NCBI GenBank assembly: GCA_964388265.1 | Contig: CAYLXZ010000035.1 | Coordinates: 1-5,799, forward strand | Length of the DNA: 5,799 nt | Origin: Candidatus Micrarchaeota archaeon | Lineage (GTDB): Archaea; B1Sed10-29 | Direction of reading: 5' to 3' | In this document: one piece after another, positions 1 to 3,930 of the stretch | Numbering within the stretch: position 1 is the stretch's first letter | Layout of the letters: each line of letters opens with the position of its first letter | Notes under the pieces: generated by a model | What the model saw: only the letters and a program-made list of their open reading frames with translations | Databases searched by the model: none | What the model was told of the DNA's origin: nothing | Program-made: the position numbers and the translations under genes

Positions 1-420
1 TTCATTATCTATTTCTATTATGTAATTATCATTTTCATCGTGAAATTTGTTCAGGCTACTTCGATTTTTAACCGTCCTCGACCAGAGAAAAGGACAAAAT
101 ACTATTGGGAATTCCAGACCCTTGCTGTGGTGAACAGTCATAACCTGAACAGCTGACCTATCGGTATCCAGGCGGATTTCTTTTTCCTCTGAGGGCAATT
201 TATCGGAACTTTCGATTTTTTGCTTGTACCATAGTATTGTACCATTCATTTCACGATTATTTTCATTTTCATCTTTATTGATCATTTCAGCCAGGTGTAG
301 AAGGTTGACAAGTCGTCTTTCACCATTCTTTCTGGAAAGAATTTTTGTTTTTAGGTCAATCTCTTCCATAAAATAATTAAACATTTTAATAAAAGAGTCT
401 TTTTTCCATTTTTCTCTCAT
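1..420 (-). other. recB: RecB (exodeoxyribonuclease V beta) internal segment covering the UvrD-like helicase 2B/2A region and motif V
   Basis: Translation ...ILSRKNGERRLVNLLHLAEMI...LWYKQKI...SEEKEIRLDTDRSAVQVMTVHHSKGLEFPIVFCPFLW...FHDE matches recalled RecB signatures GERRLTNLLHLAEL, RLESD, VQIxTIHKSKGLEYPIVFxPF and FHD. Confidence 0.85.
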
Positions 421-795
421 TTTGTGAGTGCCTTCCTTGCTCTTCAGTTGCTCTGAGATAGCCATGAATCTTATTCCCCATTGATTTTGACCTGCTAGCC
501 TTACCTGGCAGCCTACAATTTCTTCTCTGTCTGAGAACTTCTTTGCGATTCTCTTGGCTTCACTGACCCCTAGTTTAGGGTTGAGTCCTACTATGCCTGT
601 AGCTGTTTTTCCCGGTATCTTGTTTAAGTTAGGTGAAGCGTAGTACTGTATTTCATCGTTGTCTTCGAGTTTCTTTCTTCTCTTTGCGGCTCCGGATCTG
701 GATAAATCTATCTTATCGGCTAGCTCGCTGTCGGTTATCTTCGGGTTCTTCATAACTTCCCTGATGATTTTTCGGTCCTTTTCATCGAGTTCCAT
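1..795 (-). CDS. Lrp/AsnC-family HTH regulator (aa ~1-125) fused in frame to an internal RecB-like helicase fragment; runs off the window start
   Basis: Manual translation from ATG 795 has no stop down to position 1 (265 codons). It begins MELDEKDRKIIREVMKNPKITDSELADKIDLSRSGAAKRRKKLEDNDEIQYYASPNL, a typical Lrp/AsnC winged-HTH N-terminus. RBS AGGTGG at 805-800. Probably absent from the ORF track because it has no stop in the window. Confidence 0.8.
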   Translation of the reverse strand, partial: MELDEKDRKIIREVMKNPKITDSELADKIDLSRSGAAKRRKKLEDNDEIQYYASPNLNKIPGKTATGIVGLNPKLGVSEAKRIAKKFSDREEIVGCQVRLAGQNQWGIRFMAISEQLKSKEGTHKMREKWKKDSFIKMFNYFMEEIDLKTKILSRKNGERRLVNLLHLAEMINKDENENNREMNGTILWYKQKIESSDKLPSEEKEIRLDTDRSAVQVMTVHHSKGLEFPIVFCPFLWSRTVKNRSSLNKFHDENDNYIIEIDNE

Positions 796-799
796 TTTT

Positions 800-805
800 C
801 CACCT
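800..805 (-). promoter_or_regulatory. Ribosome-binding site of the Lrp-like gene
   Basis: Minus strand reads AGGTGG-AAAA-ATG, an archaeal SD-like motif. Confidence 0.65.
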
Positions 806-807
806 TT

Positions 808-871
808 TCTCCTTGGCTGAGAATTTGCCTCCCCCGTGGATCCGGGGGAGGAGAGGCTCACCCAAAGGAGA
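808..871. other. GC-rich long stem-loop, probably in the 5' leader of the Lrp-like gene
   Basis: Paired segments: TCTCCTT 808-814/AAGGAGA 865-871, GG/CC, TGAG 818-821/CTCA 857-860, a 6x5 internal loop, and CCTCCCCCG 828-836/CGGGGGAGG 843-851 closing a 6-nt loop. Confidence 0.7.
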
Positions 872-905
872 TAGAATTCGTCTACATACATTACATTTCT
901 TCCAC

Positions 906-921
906 TTTATAAGTGTTTTGG
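906..921 (-). promoter_or_regulatory. BRE-TATA promoter for the Lrp-like gene
   Basis: Minus strand CCAAAA-CAC-TTATAAAG with TATA at 912-906. It predicts a TSS near 882 and lies inside inverted repeats. Confidence 0.55.
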
Positions 922-966
922 TGGAAAAATGTGAACAAGGGTGTGTTCGAACAGTGTTTCTGGACT

Positions 967-980
967 AGAAGGGAGAGAAA
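967..980 (-). terminator. Pyrimidine-rich trailer or possible terminator after tRNA-Trp
   Basis: Minus strand TTTCTCTCCCTTCT just after the discriminator. There is no long T run, so it is weak. Confidence 0.3.
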
Positions 981-1005
981 GTTGATGGGGCCTGGGAGAT
1001 TTGAA

Positions 1006-1032
1006 ATCGGGAGCTCGTCACATGGACGGCTT
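1006..1032 (-). other. 27-nt non-canonical tRNA intron at 53/54 with a strict BHB motif
   Basis: Helix GA/TC, bulge AT^T, central 4-bp helix CGGG/CCCG, bulge AG^A, helix AGC/GCT, then hairpin CGTC-CATGT-GACG. Removal restores the T arm GGGAG-TTCAAAT-CTCCC. Confidence 0.88.
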
Positions 1033-1047
1033 CTCCCGTCTACTGGT

Positions 1048-1108
1048 CTCCCCTTGAGACCAATAGGACTTCATCACGCGTAAGCGTTCAGAGCTCCATG
1101 AATTGGAA
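1048..1108 (-). ncRNA. 61-nt tRNA-Trp 37/38 intron encoding a box C/D guide (Cm34; second guide aimed at the position 39 region)
   Basis: Guide TGGAGC (1098-1093) followed by T and box CTGA (1091-1088), so the D+5 base pairs with C34. Box GTGATGA at 1077-1071. Guide CTATTGGTCTC (1066-1056) is complementary to GAGACCAGTAG. This agrees with the known euryarchaeal pre-tRNA-Trp intron guide. Confidence 0.85.
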
Positions 1109-1172
1109 CTGGAGCCAGTGGGGATGCCAGACTACCCTAAAGCCCCATCTAGGAATATTAATATCATGGATG

Positions 1173-1187
1173 GTTATAAGGTTTCTC
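1173..1187 (-). promoter_or_regulatory. BRE-TATA promoter for tRNA-Trp
   Basis: Minus strand GAGAAAC-CTTATAAC. TTATAA starts 33 nt upstream of G1, implying a leader of a few nt. Confidence 0.65.
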
Positions 1188-1231
1188 TTTCGATCTTTTT
1201 CTTTTGATGAGTTTAAACCCTTCTTTTTTGC

Positions 1232-1258
1232 AAACTTTTTTGCTTTCGAAAAAAGTTT
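1232..1258 (-). terminator. T-tract and AT-rich hairpin terminator after tRNA-Arg
   Basis: Inverted repeat AAACTTTTTT (1232-1241)/AAAAAAGTTT (1249-1258). The minus strand has T6 a few nt after the tRNA 3' end. Confidence 0.55.
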
Positions 1259-1260
1259 AA

Positions 1261-1335
1261 CGGGTCGGGCGGGATTCGAACCCGCGATCTACAGCTTAGG
1301 AGGCTGTTGCCGTGTCCAGACTAGGCCACCGGCCC
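1261..1335 (-). tRNA. trnR: tRNA-Arg(CCT), intronless, CCA end not encoded
   Basis: GGGCCGG TG GCCT AGTCTGGACA CGGC A ACAGC CTCCTAA GCTGT AGATC GCGGG TTCGAAT CCCGC CCGACCC G. Anticodon CCT, Arg identity element A20, discriminator G73. Confidence 0.96.
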
Positions 1336-1341
1336 ATTCTA

Positions 1342-1349
1342 TTTATATT
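1342..1349 (+). promoter_or_regulatory. TATA box for the box C/D sRNA
   Basis: TTTATATT starts 29 nt upstream of the predicted sRNA 5' end at 1371. Confidence 0.5.
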
Positions 1350-1370
1350 TGTATCTATAACAAAATAAAC

Positions 1371-1451
1371 ATAGTGGATGATGATGTGAACAACCTCAGA
1401 GGTTCTCCGTACCCATGATGAGTAACCGGGTATCGCCCCATCTGACACTAT
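1371..1451 (+). ncRNA. Box C/D sRNA (2'-O-methylation guide) predicted to target the 23S rRNA A-loop (U2552) and P-loop (G2251/G2252 region)
   Basis: Terminal stem ATAGTG/CACTAT; box C ATGATGA 1378-1384; D' CAGA 1397-1400; stem GGT/ACC; C' ATGATGA 1415-1421; box D CTGA 1442-1445. Both K-turns have 3-nt bulges. Guides are GTGAACAACCT and GGGTATCGCCCCA. Confidence 0.92.
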
Positions 1452-1523
1452 TAAATTAATCTAGACAGCTCTTAAACTAACTCTAGCGTTTAATTTCCCT
1501 TTAAAATTATCTCTCTTACTTCA

Positions 1524-2279
1524 CTATCCTTTACCTGGATGTAGCTTGCTCTTCAGTCCCTGTGTGAAGAAAGGTGACTTTACCCATGCTCCAACTTCTT
1601 CGCTCTCTTCGCTTGGATTCAAGAAAAGAATTGAATGATCGTCTATAGTCATGAATCTATGATCATGGTCGCTTTCAATCACTTCAGCTGAATCTAGAGA
1701 TCTGTCTAGGTCTTTGGATTTACCTGTAACTAGCTTCACGTCCACGCCTCTTTCCATGGCTTCCTGTAGAAGTTCTCCATGTGTGTCTATGTGTTTATTT
1801 GCGTCTTCTGTGTCCGTGGCTATTGTTATTTCTCTTTCCGCGTTTTTGACAAGGGACTGTATCTTTGAATGTATCTTGTTTTTGTCTCTTAGGAACCACA
1901 TGAAGTCCTCTGGATCTGTTTTTTCTCCTGTGTCGACTTCACCTGCTTTTCTTTGGAACTCTTCTTTCACTTCCTCGATCTCTTCAAGTTCTTTCCTGTG
2001 TTCTTCTTTCTTGGTTTTCTTAAGATTATCTAATGATTCTTCTACTGGGTGAGAGTTGTATTTTGCTGGTCTTCCTGGCTGTATAGAAGCCATTCCTTTG
2101 TCATCTAGTTTGTTGAGTATGTCGTAGGTTCTTGGTCTAGGTATGTCGGTTTTCTCGCTTAGTTCCGATGCTGTTAGGGGTCCAGATGTAGCTAGTGCTA
2201 GGTATGCTTTGGATTCGTATTTGTTTAGTCCTATTTTCTGTAGGCTGTTGATCAAGTCACTATCCATATCTAGTTTCAT
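1524..2279 (-). CDS. TrmB-family transcriptional regulator (N-terminal wHTH plus PLD-like effector domain); start may be 2267
   Basis: LQKIGLNKYESKAYLAL...TASELSEKTDIPRPRTYDILNKLDDKG...GRPAKY is the TrmB HTH signature. It is followed by a coiled linker and a C-terminal domain with A..RGVDVKLV and H.RFMTID. Confidence 0.92.
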   Translation of the reverse strand: MKLDMDSDLINSLQKIGLNKYESKAYLALATSGPLTASELSEKTDIPRPRTYDILNKLDDKGMASIQPGRPAKYNSHPVEESLDNLKKTKKEEHRKELEEIEEVKEEFQRKAGEVDTGEKTDPEDFMWFLRDKNKIHSKIQSLVKNAEREITIATDTEDANKHIDTHGELLQEAMERGVDVKLVTGKSKDLDRSLDSAEVIESDHDHRFMTIDDHSILFLNPSEESEEVGAWVKSPFFTQGLKSKLHPGKG

Positions 2280-2308
2280 AAGGAACCCATCCTTTATATT
2301 ATTATGAA

Positions 2309-2328
2309 CCGAAACATTTAAATATGTT
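2309..2328. promoter_or_regulatory. Divergent promoter: BRE-TATA within an imperfect palindrome
   Basis: Plus strand CCGAAA-CA-TTTAAATA (2309-2324). Palindrome AACAT-TTAAAT-ATGTT at 2313-2328. RBS AGGTGAG (2348-2354) precedes ATG 2360. Confidence 0.65.
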
Positions 2329-2359
2329 GCTACTCAGGAATAGTAACAGGTGAGAATCC

Positions 2360-3571
2360 ATGAAAATAACAGACTCCAAAATAATCAAGATAGCATTCGT
2401 AGCCGTACTCATAATCGGCGTAGCCTCAGCACTAAAAGCAGAGGCACCAACACAAGTTAAAACCACACAGAAAAACGAAGTAGCACAATACGCCGTGGAA
2501 CTAACCAACGATAAATCACAAACAGTAGAAGTAAGTTTATCTCTTGAATCAGAAGTACATACTTCCCTCTCAGATAACCTAGTATCTCTATCACCCGGAC
2601 AAACCAAGACAATACACGTGTTCGCGGTTCCAGAATCCGTAGGCGAAGGAACCTACATGATAAACCTACAAGCAAACCAGAAAACAGTTTCTCTAGCACT
2701 TAATGTAGGTGAAGGAGCACCGTCACTAAGCCTAACAAACAGCTACGGAAAGATGACCGTGAAACAAGGAACCTCTCACGCCATAAGACTCGTAGCCAGA
2801 AACACAGGAAACAGAGAAATAAAGAACATCGTAGTGAAATCCGATCTATCAGAAAAATTCAACCCACAGTACCCGGACTCCTTTGACCTAGAACCAGACG
2901 AAACAAGAGAAATCTCCGTGATAGCCCAGATACCAAGCGACTACCCAAAAGGAGAATACACCTATAACGTGAAAGCAGCATCAGGAGACCTCCAAGCAAC
3001 AAGAGAAGTAAAACTAAACATAGTCGGAAAACTACCAGTAAAAGACAGACTAACACTCGAACCGCAAAAATCATGGGAAACAATACAAAGCAATGAAGGA
3101 CCAACAGGATACAAATTAACCTTTGAAATAACAAACAAAGGACTAACCGACCTAGAAAACGTAGAATGGGAAATGGAGAACATCCCAGAATCCTGGAACG
3201 TCACTGGAACAGAAGACTTCGATATAAAAGGTGGAGAAATAACAGAGAAAACAGTGTTCTTCGATTCACAGGGAGACTTCTCCGAAGAAACAGTAGAAGT
3301 AAACCTACTTAAAGACGGAGAGCAGATCACAAGCAAGGAACTAGAGTTCTCAGGAGAAAGAGTAGGAACCACAGGAACAGCACTCGTAGTAGGCGGAGGA
3401 TCAATAACAATCGGAGCACTTGTATTAATAGCTCTAGTGTTCGTATTCCTCTATGTAAGAGAAAGAAACCTAAACAAAGCTACATTAAGAAAAGAATCGG
3501 ATAAGAAGTACCTGGAAAAACTCGTTGACAAAACAGTAGAGGAAGAACCAGAAGAAGACACAGAGGAATAA
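2360..3571 (+). CDS. Secreted, C-terminally membrane-anchored surface protein with tandem Ig-like (COG1470/NEW3/CARDB-type) domains
   Basis: Signal peptide MKITDSKIIKIAFVAVLIIGVASA. Repeated Ig-like motifs (ELTN..LSPGQTKTI..GTYMI; ARNTGN..LEPDETREI..GEYTY; EITNKG..IKGGE). TM helix ITIGALVLIALVFVFLYV followed by RER and an acidic tail. Good RBS and host-like codon usage. Confidence 0.82.
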   Translation: MKITDSKIIKIAFVAVLIIGVASALKAEAPTQVKTTQKNEVAQYAVELTNDKSQTVEVSLSLESEVHTSLSDNLVSLSPGQTKTIHVFAVPESVGEGTYMINLQANQKTVSLALNVGEGAPSLSLTNSYGKMTVKQGTSHAIRLVARNTGNREIKNIVVKSDLSEKFNPQYPDSFDLEPDETREISVIAQIPSDYPKGEYTYNVKAASGDLQATREVKLNIVGKLPVKDRLTLEPQKSWETIQSNEGPTGYKLTFEITNKGLTDLENVEWEMENIPESWNVTGTEDFDIKGGEITEKTVFFDSQGDFSEETVEVNLLKDGEQITSKELEFSGERVGTTGTALVVGGGSITIGALVLIALVFVFLYVRERNLNKATLRKESDKKYLEKLVDKTVEEEPEEDTEE

Positions 3572-3597
3572 TCTCTTCTCTTTATTTCTCTTTTTTT
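3572..3597 (+). terminator. Archaeal pyrimidine/T-tract terminator
   Basis: TCTCTTCTCTTTATTTCTCTTTTTTT directly after the stop codon, between convergent genes. Confidence 0.6.
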
Positions 3598-3634
3598 ATC
3601 TAAAACAACAGACTGACTACTTCTCTATATAAAT

Positions 3635-3922
3635 CTAGAACAGAGTTGGAATAAATCCACCTGCTGATAACCCTAGAACCAGAATCAAAAGCACGATTAG
3701 TAGTATAATCAATCTGTTTCTGCGTCTAAGAACCTTCTCCAACCTTTCTTTCCGGTGTTTTAGTTCGGCTTTCTTTGCTTCTTCCGATCTGTCTTCTCTT
3801 TCAGGTTCTTCTTTCTCTTCCTTTTCTTCTTTTACTTCTTTGCTTTTTTCCTCTTCTTCTTTGAGGTAGTCTTTGAATCCTTTGTACTCTCTTTCCCTTT
3901 TGAATACACCTAGGTCAACCAT
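3635..3922 (-). CDS. Small hypothetical protein with a charged coiled-coil-like region and a single C-terminal TM helix; alternative GTG start at 3931
   Basis: MVDLGVFKRERE...K/E-rich...RRRNR-LIILLIVLLILVLGLSAGGFIPTLF. Purine-rich coding strand like its neighbours, directly downstream of the metG stop. Confidence 0.72.
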   Translation of the reverse strand: MVDLGVFKREREYKGFKDYLKEEEEKSKEVKEEKEEKEEPEREDRSEEAKKAELKHRKERLEKVLRRRNRLIILLIVLLILVLGLSAGGFIPTLF

Positions 3923-3930
3923 TTTGAACA

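Larger units (their letters stand above)
986..1146 (-). tRNA. trnW: tRNA-Trp(CCA) with two introns (37/38 at 1048-1108 and 53/54 at 1006-1032); CCA end not encoded
   Basis: Spliced sequence GGGGCTT TA GGGT AGTCTGGCA TCCC C ACTGG CTCCAG^A CCAGT AGAC GGGAG^TTCAAAT CTCCC AGGCCCC A folds into a complete cloverleaf with anticodon CCA and discriminator A73. Confidence 0.93.

Noticed and set aside
808..890. Hairpin as an H/ACA guide or archaeal SECIS
   Set aside because: No apical K-turn or K-loop, ANA spacing from the pocket is not 14-16 nt, no recognisable target, and no GAA/A motif closed by G-C pairs.
986..1335. tRNA genes as integration (att) sites
   Set aside because: No duplicated tRNA 3' end and no integrase seen in the window.
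1098..1418. 106-aa plus-strand ORF
   Set aside because: It is antisense to two tRNA genes and overlaps the sRNA. GRAGFEPA is the typical translation of an antisense tRNA.
1714..2052. 112-aa plus-strand ORF
   Set aside because: Ser/Phe-rich antisense shadow of trmB.
2302..3372. Four minus-strand ORFs (2302-2607, 2457-2699, 2859-3134, 2962-3372)
   Set aside because: Antisense shadows of the purine-rich surface-protein gene. Their hydrophobic bias follows from strand composition.
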